In this document: piece after piece, positions 11,401-23,966 of the stretch
Layout of the letters: the number at the start of each line of letters is the position of its first letter
Position numbering within the stretch: position 1 is the stretch's first letter
Source: Oopsacas minuta
Taxonomy: Eukaryota > Animalia > Porifera
Assembly (NCBI GenBank): GCA_024704765.1
Contig: JAKMXF010000133.1
Location: forward strand, 310,001 to 374,000
Direction: 5' to 3'
Length of the DNA: 64,000 nucleotides
Program-made: the position numbers and the translations under genes
Notes under the pieces: generated by a model
Told to the model about the DNA's origin: nothing
Databases searched by the model: none
Seen by the model: the letters and a program-made list of their open reading frames with translations, nothing else

Positions 11401-14400
11401 TTACATATGGTAGGAGAGGAAGGAGGAAGAGGAGCATGTCTAGAATCCTGTCTAGCTAAGGTGATGTATTGTGAACCTACAGTCAGGATTGTAGGTATGA
11501 GTGCCACTCTAGCTAATATTGAGACGATTGCTAATTTCCTCAATGCAAAGCTGTATACTTCTGATTTCCGTCCTGTAACACTACACGAATACTTCAAGTT
11601 AGGACAGACAATATTCCGTGTTGAAATCGAGAATGAAATTCCTAAACTATTCCTACAAAGAATCCTTCCAAATCTACCTAGCTCTAGTAAACAGGCACAA
11701 GATGACCCAGACAATATCACTACTCTAGTTAGCGAGGTTATACCTGAGAAATCCTGTCTAATATTCTGTGCTAGCAAGATAAACTGTCAAAATGTAGCTC
11801 TCCTATTAACAACACAACTAAGTGAACAGTACATAACTCATAAGAAACAAGACAAGATTAAAATGCTACAGATCCTGAACACAGATGCTAGCGGTGTATG
11901 TCCTATACTCAGAAAGACTATACCCTACGGTATAGCATACCATCACTCAGGCTTAACAACAGAAGAACGCAAGGTTATTGAGGAAGGATTCAGAGATGGC
12001 ATATTATGTGTACTGACATGCACGAGTACTTTAGCTGCAGGGGTTAATCTACCAGCTAGTAGGGTTATTATTCGGGCTCCATACACAGGAGCTGTGTTTC
12101 TAACTCGTACAAGATATGTACAGATGGTGGGTAGGGCAGGAAGGGCTGGATACGGGGAGAAGGGAGAGAGCTACGTTATCGGGGAAAGCAAAGATAAACA
12201 AGAAATTATTCAACTAATGTCTGCACCTATAGAGTCTTGTGCAAGTACTCTTCTAAGTGATAATTGTATATATTTGAGACAGCTACTTTTATCAGCTATA
12301 GGATTGAGGATAGCTAATACAAACCAACAGATACAACACCTATTCCAGAAAACACTATTAGCTAGTTGCATACAACCAGAAGTATTGATAAATTGCATAA
12401 TGGACTCCATCAGATATCTACAATCTAACAACTTAATCTGGGCAGCTTATCAATCTCAGGATAGCCAAACTGAACTAAATGAATCCGATAAACTAGAAGA
12501 AATACCCCATGAAGACATAGTAGAGAGAGTGTTGGTATATAATGTGACATTCCTTGGGAAAGCAGTTTACAAGTCTAGTTTAGATATCGATACAGCGGCT
12601 GAGGTACTGCTAGAATTGGAGGAAGCTCTCACCTCCCTTCTCCTAACTACTGAGCTACATCTACTCTATCTATTCACTCCCCCAGACCTAATATACAGTG
12701 TTAAGCCAGATTGGAAGGCCACGTTCAACATTGTAACTTGTGATGGACAGGACGAGTTAATGCGGTTTACACAGAGGTTAAAAGTATACCCAGGATTTTT
12801 GTCTAAGCTAATGACAGGCACAGGGTTCAATAGTCAAGGACAAGAAGTGACATACAGAAGATTTTATTTAGCTTTACTTCTGTATCGTATAGTGTCAGGA
12901 GGAGAAGGTGAAGCTGTATGGAAGGTAGCGGAAGAATTCAGATGCAGTAGAGGTTTCATACAAAGCTTACTATCTTCGAGTGCTGCTCGCTGTTCTTGTC
13001 TGATCAGATTCTCTGAAGAGATACAGCACTTATGGCCGCTACACATCTTATTGCCAAGAATGTTGCAGAAAGTAGCGTATGCGAGTAAGCCTGAGCTTGT
13101 CCCTCTAATGGAACTTAGTGGAGTGGGACAAGCAAGAGCTAGACAACTGATACAAGCTGGCTACAATAGTGTTAAGCATATTGCACGATCTGAACCCCTG
13201 GAGCTAGTGCATAAGCTGACACAATTAAACATCAAACAAGCAAACCAGATTGTAGCATCAGCTAAGCTTCTACTACAGGAAAAAGCTGAGGCTCTCAGAG
13301 AGGAGGCCGATGAAATAATATGTCTGTAACCTTTTTTGCGTTCATCATTAGAAATATCTCAGCTGACCATATAATGTATTAACGTGGGACTTATAGTGCA
13401 ATGGAATCTTTCTGAGATTTACAATTTGTGGCTCAAAATTGTTTTTTAATTCAAGTTCCTGATCGTGGTTGGTACTTTTCGTGAATTGATTTGTTTGCAC
13501 ACACAAAGTATAAAGTATAATAGATTAAGTTATAGTGTATGGTCACGGTCATGCTGATTATTATCCCTTTCCGTTTACTCAAATTAATCCAGTATTGATT
13601 AGTCGTAATATACCAAATGTGTGCTTGTAAACACTTTCAAAATATTGCGTTTTATGCGAAATCTCAGTCGCTAAGTTACAAACTAAGTGAGTTTGGGTTT
13701 AATTTGTAATTCTGTTATCAGGGAAAAATAGCAGAAATTCTACATTAGACTATCTCTAGCTCTACCAAAGTACTCTAATCACTACTAATTGTGGTAAGCT
13801 ACTAAATACCTTTGATAATATTTTTGTAGTGATCATCTCAAATGTGACATGTGCAGGCGGTTGGCTACACTGTAAGCCCTGTAGAACTGAAATAGTTGCG
13901 TCATGAGCTAATATTGTAGCTGAATGTTCCACCTACATATTTTTCAGAATAATGTTTGTTAAAAATGTGCAATGATAAAGCAGAGATCACCTTTTTGGCT
14001 TTGTCTTCAATCTGATCCAATACGATCAATTTAGTGGCCTGTAATTCTGACGTTAAATATTCTAACATCAAATATATGATAAAGCGTATTGACGTCAATT
14101 ATACATTATGATGTTTGTACTCACCAATCAGAGCAAAACGATATTCCAAAGTTAAAAGTGCGTCCAAGTCTTTAATCAAAAAGCAATAAGGACATTCTAA
14201 AAATATAAAAACACTTATTCCATAAGTGATCTACGTGATCGATAACTTATTTAATTACTGAGGAAACTTACGTAGGGCTGATAGAAATCCTTTTACTTCT
14301 ACTTTAAATACGTTGGCATCGTCAGGACCTGATTGCGATTATACAATTAATTATTTAGTGAATGAAGTATTAATTTTATGGAATTTTGAGTAAACTTCGT

Positions 14401-16215
14401 TTACCAATTTTCATGTACAAATCTCGGATATATTATTACTAAAAATAACAATAATTATGTAGAATTGTAAGCGTAAGATGATTAAAGATGGCAACATTTA
14501 CAGCAATATAAAAAATGTGATATTATTACGCAAAATTCCATCTAATCTACTACTAATCATTTCATGAGAATTCCATAATACTGAGTGTTAGTTATAATAT
14601 TAATTATATTATTTCTTAATATGATAATATAAAAGTGAAAAGAGTAGTAATCTAGAAGCTGGTTGAGGTTAGTGATGAAAGGTAAAAGTTCTTGGCTATA
14701 GCAATTACGAGTAGTATTTTAGTTACTTGCATAGGTTATTTAGCGAATTTTTGGAAATACTGATTGAGGCAAATGTACAGGAAATAAATTTGAAGTAGTT
14801 GCTACCTGTACATTTTCCTGATGGCAGAAACTCTGATCACAAGCACACTTATTAATCTAATCAAAAGTCAAATGATATTAATCAGTATTTATCAATTCGA
14901 TAAGATTATAAGAATCTACGCATGTTATACGGAATACTTACAGCTAGATGATTAGTGAAGTATTTGTATACTTAATAGAATACAAATCAGACAGTTGTTA
15001 CCTCAAAAATTTGCACATAACTTTTTTACAGAAACTATGATTATTTTACAGGAAAAAACGAGGCTTTTATCAGAAATAAGGTATAAGTATTATCAGAAGT
15101 TTCCTTACAGTAGCATATATTACTTCCAGTGTGAATGATCGAATAAAATCATGACAATTTCAAAATTCTGGATATAATCCTTACATACAATTACAGAATA
15201 GTGGTCCTTTCGGATAAACACTACCCTCTTCAATAATTGACACTCCCTATGGACCTATGGGACGTAGACAAATAGGAAATACAAACGAGCAAACTAAGAA
15301 ACACTGGGTCATAACTCACTAGCAAAACATGTTCTTATTACTGGAATAATTTTATACAGAGTATACATGAAAACAGTTTTCCATTTTATCACACATGTAC
15401 TAAATAGAATATAATATATCTTCAAATAAATATGAAGACATGTTGGCTGCCTCAAGATATTTGAATGAAAGGTAACTATCCGTATCACAATGGGCTAATG
15501 ATATTGAACTACTACAAAGAGAGTTCACATACTCCATAAGGAATAGACCAGAATTGAAAGTTATATATCAACGAATGTACACTAATTAATTGAACCATAA
15601 AACGATGTCGATTTTTGCTCAAAAATTAACTTTTGTCCAATATTCAAACAATAAAACAAGCACGCCTTCAATGGCTAAATTAACTAGCAATATCGTCATG
15701 ACGAAAGTGCTGTATATTACTGGAAAAGTATTTATAATATAACGGGGGATATTTTATGTAACAAGGAAACTCACAAGAACTGCAGTGATTACACATTATT
15801 TGTGCTCTAACTAGTGCCCTATTTCTATCACACAAAGGTATTTAGCCTAATTTATTACATTTTCTCACCTAGACCAGTGCTGACTGACTCCTCCAACTTG
15901 AGTAATCTAGAAATATCATTACTCAACCAAGTAACGAAATGAATGAATTCCTCACTCTCCAGACCTTGAGTAATACATTCCTGCAGATGTACTTCTTGTG
16001 ACAATGGACCCTCATATCTGAATAACAAGCAATAATTATAATAACAAGAATAACCATGGATATTGATACTGATAGATTTATACGATAGAATAATTGTTGG
16101 AATAAAAGAACCATGGATATGAAGCTAACCCTAGATCAGTTAGAGAGTCTATAATATCCTTCATCTGTCTGGTAGCTGGAGTAATATCTGTAACCATTCC
16201 ACTACACTCAGCCAT
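8444..16215 (-). CDS. FAM98: FAM98 family protein, multi-exon, spanning the HELQ gene
   Basis: Exons assembled by hand with GT-AG and consistent phase: MAECS...IIDSLTDLG (ATG 16215) | YEGPLSQ...FVTWLSNDISRLLKLEESV | GPDDANVFKVEVKGFL | ECPYCFL | EYLTSELQATKL | GLQCSQPPAHV...ILSK (ends 13810) | VQTLIDDKPNYFGHPL (starts 10005) | RRQLLLTRLEVTLQAFTW | HLLAART | MGK | VPDRGGRAWETRPPPEMP | RGG-rich tail, TAA at 8444. Confidence 0.85.
10501..13329 (+). CDS. HELQ: HELQ (Hel308-like) superfamily 2 DNA helicase, single-exon CDS
   Basis: 942 aa; LPTSGGKTLVAE, VVDELHM, GMSATL, TSTLAAGVNLPA, QMVGRAGRAG; C-terminal HhH region and AKLLLQEKAEALREEADE as in HELQ; no polymerase domain. Confidence 0.93.
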   Translation: MADNLGTRRKRPKRAIFKDDDQPNDDQILPQTSTSSLSWVDPDNEITTQMNRISTRSKKSPFLKDNTNTHKSTEIFSTSTPAKMKSIEEFFSESDYAQGICPEDLSHTFNTTFNPQTQSKSTEGFEFPSLSFEDVNLDEICQDKIVVDKNTMLEWLPQKFWQLLKEDRGISKLYEWQRDCLTLATTYKDWNLIYSLPTSGGKTLVAEIIMLETLLIRKEDVVLVLPYISLVQEKVRGLSTLASELGFNLEEYAGSKGALPPRRRKRHCLYICTIEKSNSLTTALQDEKRLGEIGLMVVDELHMVGEEGGRGACLESCLAKVMYCEPTVRIVGMSATLANIETIANFLNAKLYTSDFRPVTLHEYFKLGQTIFRVEIENEIPKLFLQRILPNLPSSSKQAQDDPDNITTLVSEVIPEKSCLIFCASKINCQNVALLLTTQLSEQYITHKKQDKIKMLQILNTDASGVCPILRKTIPYGIAYHHSGLTTEERKVIEEGFRDGILCVLTCTSTLAAGVNLPASRVIIRAPYTGAVFLTRTRYVQMVGRAGRAGYGEKGESYVIGESKDKQEIIQLMSAPIESCASTLLSDNCIYLRQLLLSAIGLRIANTNQQIQHLFQKTLLASCIQPEVLINCIMDSIRYLQSNNLIWAAYQSQDSQTELNESDKLEEIPHEDIVERVLVYNVTFLGKAVYKSSLDIDTAAEVLLELEEALTSLLLTTELHLLYLFTPPDLIYSVKPDWKATFNIVTCDGQDELMRFTQRLKVYPGFLSKLMTGTGFNSQGQEVTYRRFYLALLLYRIVSGGEGEAVWKVAEEFRCSRGFIQSLLSSSAARCSCLIRFSEEIQHLWPLHILLPRMLQKVAYASKPELVPLMELSGVGQARARQLIQAGYNSVKHIARSEPLELVHKLTQLNIKQANQIVASAKLLLQEKAEALREEADEIICL

Positions 16216-16345
16216 AAACTGTAAAAACTAATACTAACAAACGCATCAATCAATTCCAAACATTTATAACATATCTAATGTGTATACAGGTTGCTAGGAC
16301 AACAATAAATATACAAAATACAATTATTTACGTAAAAAGAAAATG

Positions 16346-18899
16346 TTAAATAGTAATCTGTTTTAAATCGCCGTATATAATAAGTGGCTCCACAAAGTGT
16401 GAAACATCGGGTGGTTTATTCCGCGTGTGCCACAGAACAACACGACCATCTTCCCCAACAGAAACAAGCTTAAATCTATCAGCTGTAAGACAGCTGACTG
16501 GCGCTGAATGAGCTAGCATAACTCTAGCAAGTGAGCAAGTTGTCATACTCCATTGATATATTGCAGCGCCGTTAGAAGCAAATACAAACGAATTTAAAAT
16601 AGCAACTGACTGTACAGGAGCTGGTTTTGTGCAGTTAACCATAAGATATACATCTAGCCGTTTGATAGATACAGTCTCCTCTGGTGTAGAATGTGTTTCT
16701 TTACCTAGAAATGAGCTAATGACTTGTTCATATAGCTCTGGAGATGAATTAAAATAAGTTATCTCTTCACGTCGTGAAACTAGATTCCATAAACGTATAT
16801 GTCCAGTATCACAACCTGCTACACACAAACCTAGCGTTATAGCTAGACAAGTAACAGAAGATCCAATATTAAGTACAGCTTCTCTTTGATAGCTGTTATT
16901 CCTCCAAATACCAATAGTACCATCTAGTGATGATGTGTATATGTATTTATCAGTGATTACTAGTCCTGTAACGCTATTCTTATGGAGTATGAGACGAGTT
17001 ATGAGATCCCAAGATCCTCTCCTCCATATACAAACCTCCCCATCCTTACAACAACTAACTACAATCTTGTTATTAACCGCAACTTGTGTGACCTTCTCTG
17101 AATGTGCGTGTATTACATACAGTATTTGGAAATTCACAGCATCCCACACGATAACAGTACAATCCCATGACCCGGTTACTACAACCCCTTGTGACATAGC
17201 TATACAATTAACTATGCCTTTATGGCCTTCAAGACATCCAATCTCTCTACCACTCCTGCTGTCATATAATCTAACTATTAGGTCTGTACTGCCTACCAAT
17301 ACACGACGGGAATCACAAGCTACACTGAATAACGACAGCTGTGGTGATTGTGTAAATAACCTTACTGATCGGAGGGGGAATAGAGGAGAAGGAAGATTGG
17401 TATCCTGGTTACTACTATGCGTACTAGGAATGCACCCGGCCAGTGTTAAACACGTATACAACCTAGAATCAATAATGACAGACTCAGAACTACATACCTT
17501 AACCTGTAATTGTACGAAATCAAAGACTCTCCAATCTGAAACCCCCTTATGTTCTATTGTACTATTAATACTGGGCATAGGTGTTGTATGAGATTTGTTA
17601 CTAGCACGTAACGTCACAACTGATCCCTTCTTACACTCAATAACAGGGAGGATAGGGCTCTTAGAACTAGCGATCAGCTGACGATCTTTATACAGCTTCT
17701 TGTTCGTTTTCTTCCTGGGTCTCTTGCATTTCTCACGAACAACTTTATCCATGTCATTGACAGTATTTTTAGGTTTCATACCAAGAGTATGGAGAGGAGA
17801 ATTAGAGTTTGAATGAAATTCAGGACTTGGAATAAATTCCATCGTACCTTTATTCATTTCTCTGTGAAATAAATCTTTTATTCTCTGAGACACCCCCTCT
17901 TGAAAATTATTCTGTATCTTGTATAACTGTGTGTATATATCTCTGTAATCTATAGGAATAGTTTCCCCTAATTCAATAGAACAATCAAGATCTTGAATAC
18001 CCTCTCTCTCACCAAATATCTTCACCTAGAACAGAGAATTATTATAAATAATTATACAATATAAATGATTAGCTTACATGTTGCCTCCATAACTCAGGAT
18101 CTAGTGCTAGTTTCCTCCAACATTTAGAAACAGCTGATGCACTATACAAGCTGTATGGATCTAAGTAAGAGAATACTCTCGTTAGAATAGTATCAGGTAG
18201 GAAATGTAGCTCTAACTTCTTACACATTCTTTCTTGTAAATAACTAGCAAATAACTGTAATTGTGAATAAGAGCATATCCTTACTAGTCCTGCAATAAAT
18301 TTGATTAGTAAGAGAGGAGCATAATCACATGTTATCCATTTCTGGAAACATTGCAACTCTGTACGAAACTCCTGAACCAGAAATATAGTCCCTGGTCTCT
18401 TCACCTTCTTCTTAACTTTTCTAACTTTCCCCAGCTGATCAGCTGAGTAAAAATCAGCTGACTTAACAGAAAGAGGTATAGTAGCTATATCTAGCTGTCT
18501 CGTGTTTGCAATAGTTGGTATATAGTCTGTATATTTGTATGGATGTAGATATGGAATAAGTATTGTATTGAAGAGACGTACTAGTCGCATAGGAATGTAC
18601 TTAGCTATGACAACCAGTACAAGCCTTACTTGCCAGTCTCTATACTTCTCAGACCATCTAGTCAGCTGATTCAACCGTTGCTGTTCTCTTGCTATTAATT
18701 CATTACTAGTGACGTCAACAGCTAACTCTGGTAAGACAATAACACCAATTGAGTTATCTGATGGTTTGGGTGTGTGAATATATTGTTCAGTGTGAATAGC
18801 ACTGAGAGAAGTTCTGGGAGGAAGAAAGGGTAAATGTGAGAGATCTTCTGTTAAATTGTCAGGAGCTGATCTGATTGAGTCCCGATATTCGTCAGACAT
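16346..18899 (-). CDS. F-box/WD40-repeat protein (2 exons, 52-bp intron 18026-18077)
   Basis: F-box LPDTILTRVFSYLDPYSLYSASAVSKCWRKLALDPELW in the upstream ORF joins in phase 0 (cat|gtaagc...tctag|gtg) to an ORF with multiple GH...WD repeats. Confidence 0.82.
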
Positions 18900-19018
18900 T
18901 GATACAACCTATACAGAATACAGTTAACCTTTTGTGAATCCTAGGAATGTATATATTAAGGATAATTGCAAGCTCCGTAAATTAGAATATAATAGCAAAA
19001 GTAATTGAAAAATATTAG

Positions 19019-19483
19019 CTAAAATGTTTTAATCATATCTAATATTTTCTTCAAGGTTTGTTGAGAATGTTCTTTTGTAAACTTCAAATACACTTCATTA
19101 ACTGGTACCCATTTACCGTCCAATATCTCTGCTTCTTGTAACTTAACCGCTGCAGGATTAGCTATCTCTGCAATCCAGAATTGTACTGTTTTATCCTTAA
19201 TAACGTCCTTCTTCACATACATGTACTTATCAGTTATTGTATCCTCAAATAAAACACGCTTTACTTCTAAATTGCATTCCTCTTTCAGTTCTCTACAAGC
19301 AGATTCAAATTCGGTCTTGTCTTGAGGTTCTGGGTGTCCCTTAGGGAACCCCCAGTGACCAGCTCTTTGCTGGACTATAAATAGCTCGCAATTCGCATCC
19401 TGAAAGCGTACTGGAATTATCCCGAAGCATTTAACGGTTTTTACTGATAATCCATGAGGATTAGTAATTTCTGCTTTAGCCAT
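19019..19483 (-). CDS. Nudix hydrolase, Ap4A hydrolase-like, copy 1
   Basis: HWGFPKGH followed by Nudix box G-x5-D-x8-RELKEECNL; KTVQFWIAE strand. Confidence 0.9.
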   Translation of the reverse strand: MAKAEITNPHGLSVKTVKCFGIIPVRFQDANCELFIVQQRAGHWGFPKGHPEPQDKTEFESACRELKEECNLEVKRVLFEDTITDKYMYVKKDVIKDKTVQFWIAEIANPAAVKLQEAEILDGKWVPVNEVYLKFTKEHSQQTLKKILDMIKTF

Positions 19484-19657
19484 TAATCTTACAAAAAGGT
19501 TAATATACAGTAGAATCCGCCTATTAGTATTATTTGTTTATTAGCAGCTGTTTAAGATACAAAACCCAAGTGCATTTACAAATAAATAATTTGTATGAAC
19601 GAAAGTACAATTATTTTTGCAGATACGAGTATTAATAAAATCATATACAAATTGTAT

Positions 19658-20158
19658 CTATTCTAGTTTGTAGTTAGCTAACTTCTCCGCAACTGATTTG
19701 CTGAGCTCCTTAGCTTGAAAATAAGTCATCTGTTTGTGTACTTCTCCTGCAGGTATCCACTTAAAAGCCTGTACCTCTTCAACTTGCAACTTAATTACAG
19801 AATCATCAATAACCTCAGCTAACCAATACTCTACAGTTTTGTCTTTCCATGCATGCTTCTTGTAATTAAACCCGTATTGTTCCTGAACTTTATCCTCGAA
19901 TAATAATTTCTTCACTTCCATATTAGTCTCCTCCTTCAGCTCCCGACAAGCAGTCTCATATTCGCTCTTATCAGTAGCTTTAGGATGACCTTTACAGAAG
20001 CACCAGTAACCAGCTCGTTGCTGGATAATGAAAACTTCCCATGACCCAGCCTTATAACGACAAGGAATTATTCCAAGAGACTTGTCCTTCACGACAGGAA
20101 GATTATCAGGATTCCAAACTTTAGGCGTAGAAGACGAACCAGAACCTGAAGAGGCCAT
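19658..20158 (-). CDS. Nudix hydrolase, Ap4A hydrolase-like, copy 2
   Basis: YWCFCKGH...RELKEETNM, KTVEYWLAE; tandem paralog of 19019-19483. Confidence 0.88.
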   Translation of the reverse strand: MASSGSGSSSTPKVWNPDNLPVVKDKSLGIIPCRYKAGSWEVFIIQQRAGYWCFCKGHPKATDKSEYETACRELKEETNMEVKKLLFEDKVQEQYGFNYKKHAWKDKTVEYWLAEVIDDSVIKLQVEEVQAFKWIPAGEVHKQMTYFQAKELSKSVAEKLANYKLE

Positions 20159-20753
20159 TGCACACCTAATTGTTTTAACAAATGTAAAGACAACATTCCT
20201 TATTTAGAATTACATAAGAGATATTATAGCAATCAGAATGAAACCAATGCAAACAAACAAATCTGGCTGCTCATTGCAACTAATTGTATCACTTCAAGTT
20301 GTTTACAGTTTACAATAATAAGGAAGCTAATAAAATAATAGAATTTAATTACTTAATTATTTCAGAAATTACCAGAACCTTGTATTATTCTAGGATATAG
20401 TTACTTCATACGGGAAGGATATTATCGGGTGTCTGTAGTAAGGGAATATTCGAAATATTCGCTCATATAACCCTTGAGAAATTCAGTGCCTAATATATTA
20501 ATTATTAGGCAATTAGTGACGATTGCCAAGACTATATTCAACATATAAATGTAATAATCTCGCATCAAATAATACACCTCAGCTCAATACAATATACATA
20601 CATATATACTCAACAGATAAGTTCAATACAATCTAAGGGAAGCGAATAATCCAGGATCTAATAAGATAGGGAGTATAACTAGAAGAAACAAGATATATAA
20701 TAGAAACGTATAAAAATACAAATAAAATAGCAACAAATAGATAAGCTGAGGGT

Positions 20754-23054
20754 CTAGAGATGAGAGAACAAGCTAATCAGGAGAGTAGCGAGGGTAAACA
20801 GGATAATATCGATATGGTAGGTACCAGCTGACGAGCTGAAGTTTTCTTGATAAGGAGCTATAGGCAAAAATAAGTAAATATACTTACATTATTAGAAATT
20901 AGTTTTGATTAAAATACTTACAGCAAAGTCCCTTGTAGCAGTATGGGGAATCGCTTAAGCATTTGTTACAGCTGGTCCCTGATGAGTAAGGTCTAGGTGA
21001 GTTAAGTCCTCCATTGTTATTATTATTATTGTTGTTGTTGTCATTATTATTATTATTGTTGTTGTTGTTCTCATTCTCAGGGTTAGCTCTAAATATGCAA
21101 AACTAATTAAATAAATACAAACAGAAAATATATAAGTTTTGGCAATCCACAAAAACTTAGAGAGCTGAAAAAACACAATTTTAAAGAAGACAATAAAATC
21201 TAAAGTGTAGTAAGTGATATTTTTATGGCATTTGACTGATAATAACAATTTCTAATAATTAAGCTGTATCAGTCTTGTTATAACCTTGAATATTTCTACT
21301 CGAATGGTGATGAGTTAAAAATCCCTTCGGCTTCCCTTTCCTAGCGCTAAATTCCATAGAAATCTTATAAGTAACTCCTCCAGCTGGTGGATGGCGTATA
21401 ATTAGCAACAAGGGATACGACAGGTACAAGAACTATTTGGGACCTTCAAAAGACAGAATTATGTAATATAATCATATTTCTACTGGATTACTTGGAATGA
21501 ACTAGTGACATTACAAATCAATATTTCTGGGCAAACATTAATCTGTAAACTACTGTAAGGTGCAATTGGTGTAGCTATGTAGCAACACTAGAGGAACTTA
21601 GGTATGCATTGGTTAATCCTTAAAGACAGTTAGTCCCTTGTCGAGCGACGGTAGTAAATTAATTTGGTGTACTAGCAGCTAAATGTGAACATAAGAATAA
21701 CAAACAAACAACTCACATCCATCCTGGTGTATAATAGCACACTAATACAGTGCCAATATACTGCCCATCATCCTTAATATCCATATAACACATGCTAGAA
21801 GCACATCCTACTGCTGTCACATTGCTGAAGACAACCTAAATACAATATGCGTACATAATAGGAGATACAGAGTGTCCCATAATTATTGCCCTATTGTGTA
21901 ACTGACTATAACATACAAATATCATTAATAAATATGCTACTTTGGCTAGTGCGTAAGCGAAGTCGTATCAAGTTAACAAACTAAATAAGGTTGGTCAATA
22001 AATTTATGAAAGAAAACTAGACACAATTGTACGATATTTTAGAAGTATTGATGAAATGAAACTAAACTCTGGTAGGGGAATAGTTATGGGACACCCTGTA
22101 TTTGAATTGAAGACAAATTGCGTATATTATAAACAGGCTTCTGACAACGGCTGCTAAAAAAGATAGCAGTAACAAGCTATGATAATACATTATATTATAA
22201 CAGACACATTTAGTAGAACATATGTAGATAATGAGGGCTATGAATAAATTACTATCAGTAACATATCAATAATAGTTAACGCTTATGATTATGATCTTAG
22301 AATTCTCAATAATCAAAGAGTTTACGGTATTACTAACCTGAAGGTAAGCAGTGCAAACGAATTCCTCATCTCCGTAGCACATATTGTAATCAAAATTATA
22401 CAATCCCCCCAGCTCATACCATTCCCTCACCAGCTCCTCATACGTGGATAGGTCGGGTCTTGAAACGTATTTAGCAAATCCTTGGTTGTACCCTACAGCT
22501 CCGAAGCCACCACATTCCTGCCGTTGCTGACCTTCTCTCTCTTGCTCTGCACATTGAGCAGCAGTGTAGCTAGCCATTGTCTCTAATACTAAGCTCCATT
22601 CCTAACCACATGGATAGTTATTCTCAAATGTTTTATCGGCAGTAAATGATTAATTCACGAAAAAATAATATTTTATTTTATTGAATTTGGTGGGATTTAT
22701 ATACTTAGATTAACCGTAAAGATGATCTAATAATCAGTATTTTAGGATTTACATAAAAATTTTTGTCCTTAAAAAATATAAGGATTCGTTAAAACACTAA
22801 AGCGGGAAATCACCCCCTCAGTATTTCTAATGATTCTTAATTAAATAATTTTCAACTAATCTGTAAGGCTAATAATGATTTAATTTTTAAGTTGTTAGTA
22901 AACTCACCAATTTTTTCATATCACTAGATGTAGGGACGACAGAAGCTCGATTATAGTTATGTGAGTCTAGGATTGTCTGTCGAATCGAATCAGTAAACTG
23001 TTCAGCTGTTACGAGAGCGAAGATGGATACAATAAGTGCAGCAAAGAATTTCAT
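20754..23054 (-). CDS. Secreted, probably GPI-anchored CAP/SCP (PI16/GLIPR-like) protein with poly-Asn linker, 5 exons
   Basis: Signal peptide MKFFAALIVSIFALVTA; ILDSHNYNRASVVPTSSDMKKL | EWSLVLETMA...EWY...CTAYLQ | VVFSNVTAVGCA...LVCYYTPG | N9-D-N9...PYSSGTSCNKC...CYKGLC | hydrophobic tail, TAG at 20754. Confidence 0.82.
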
Positions 23055-23966
23055 TATGTATCACGTTTATGGGAGTATTTGTGAATTTTGATGATAATTT
23101 GAATTGGCGTGTTTGTATTGCGGCCTGCTTGGAGGTTGAATGAATGAATTTGAGTCGAATAGCTCTGTTATATAGCGCGGATAGATAGAGTACGTAATCA
23201 AGTAACTACACATTTTAGCAGCTTCGCTACTGATATATCATAAGAGCGATATACATAAGCTTCTCTTGTGCGCTTATAGAAATCTCATGTTGAAGTGATT
23301 CAAAGTATCATTAACTCTAAATAAGAATCTTGTAAATAGAGTATTCAATAGATTCATTATTTCCTCCTGACTAGCTGAATCACAATTTTAGAATGCGATA
23401 TCAAATTAAATAATAGAGTCCTAATAAGAGTATAGATGGAAACCAGATCTCCATAACCAAATAGAAGGCTTTGTTAATTATCTTAACATTTTACAAGTCA
23501 ATAATCTCTTAAACTTGTGTGACATTATCACAATGGCTGAGGGAAAGCCATGAGCTTTAAACAAATGTAAACAACTTAGATAATGAGAAGAGTCTAATAA
23601 TAATCTAATAAATATTAGAGCTAATGAATGTTAAGCTTCTTGGAAAATTAAATGAATAAACCCTTATTTCTATATTGTATCACATTTATGGCTACCCGGA
23701 AATGAAGTATAATTGAACTCGGATAAGAGGTATACCTCCGAGAAACAAAGGTTAGTATGTAATATCCGAATGTAAGTCTTATCCGAGTTCTACAGTAGTA
23801 ATATCCCATCATCAAAGGTAAGATCTTTAGATGCAATAATATCAATAATGTATTACCTTACATGTGATAGCTAATAAATGGTTCACTGGATAATAATCCA
23901 ACCATTATGAATATAGTGGCAGTATTAGCCATTACATATGGAATACAATGCAAATAATTATAAGAT

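Noticed and set aside
10971-13046. Minus-strand ORFs of 268, 73 and 60 aa overlapping HELQ
   Set aside because: Antisense shadows of a long CDS with no family motifs; they lie within the FAM98 intron and are not needed for FAM98 continuity.
14329-15868. 1.5-kb FAM98 intron with protein-like plus-strand stretches (e.g. YEDMLAASRYLNER*LSVSQWANDIELLQREF)
   Set aside because: Frames are broken by many stops, and no coherent spliced model or recognisable family could be built; may be a decayed gene but unsupported.
20955-21248. 97-aa ORF with poly-Thr/Ile, and similar ORFs at 26182-26418 and 26415-26621
   Set aside because: Alternative reading frames of the (AAC/AAT)n poly-Asn exons of the CAP genes.
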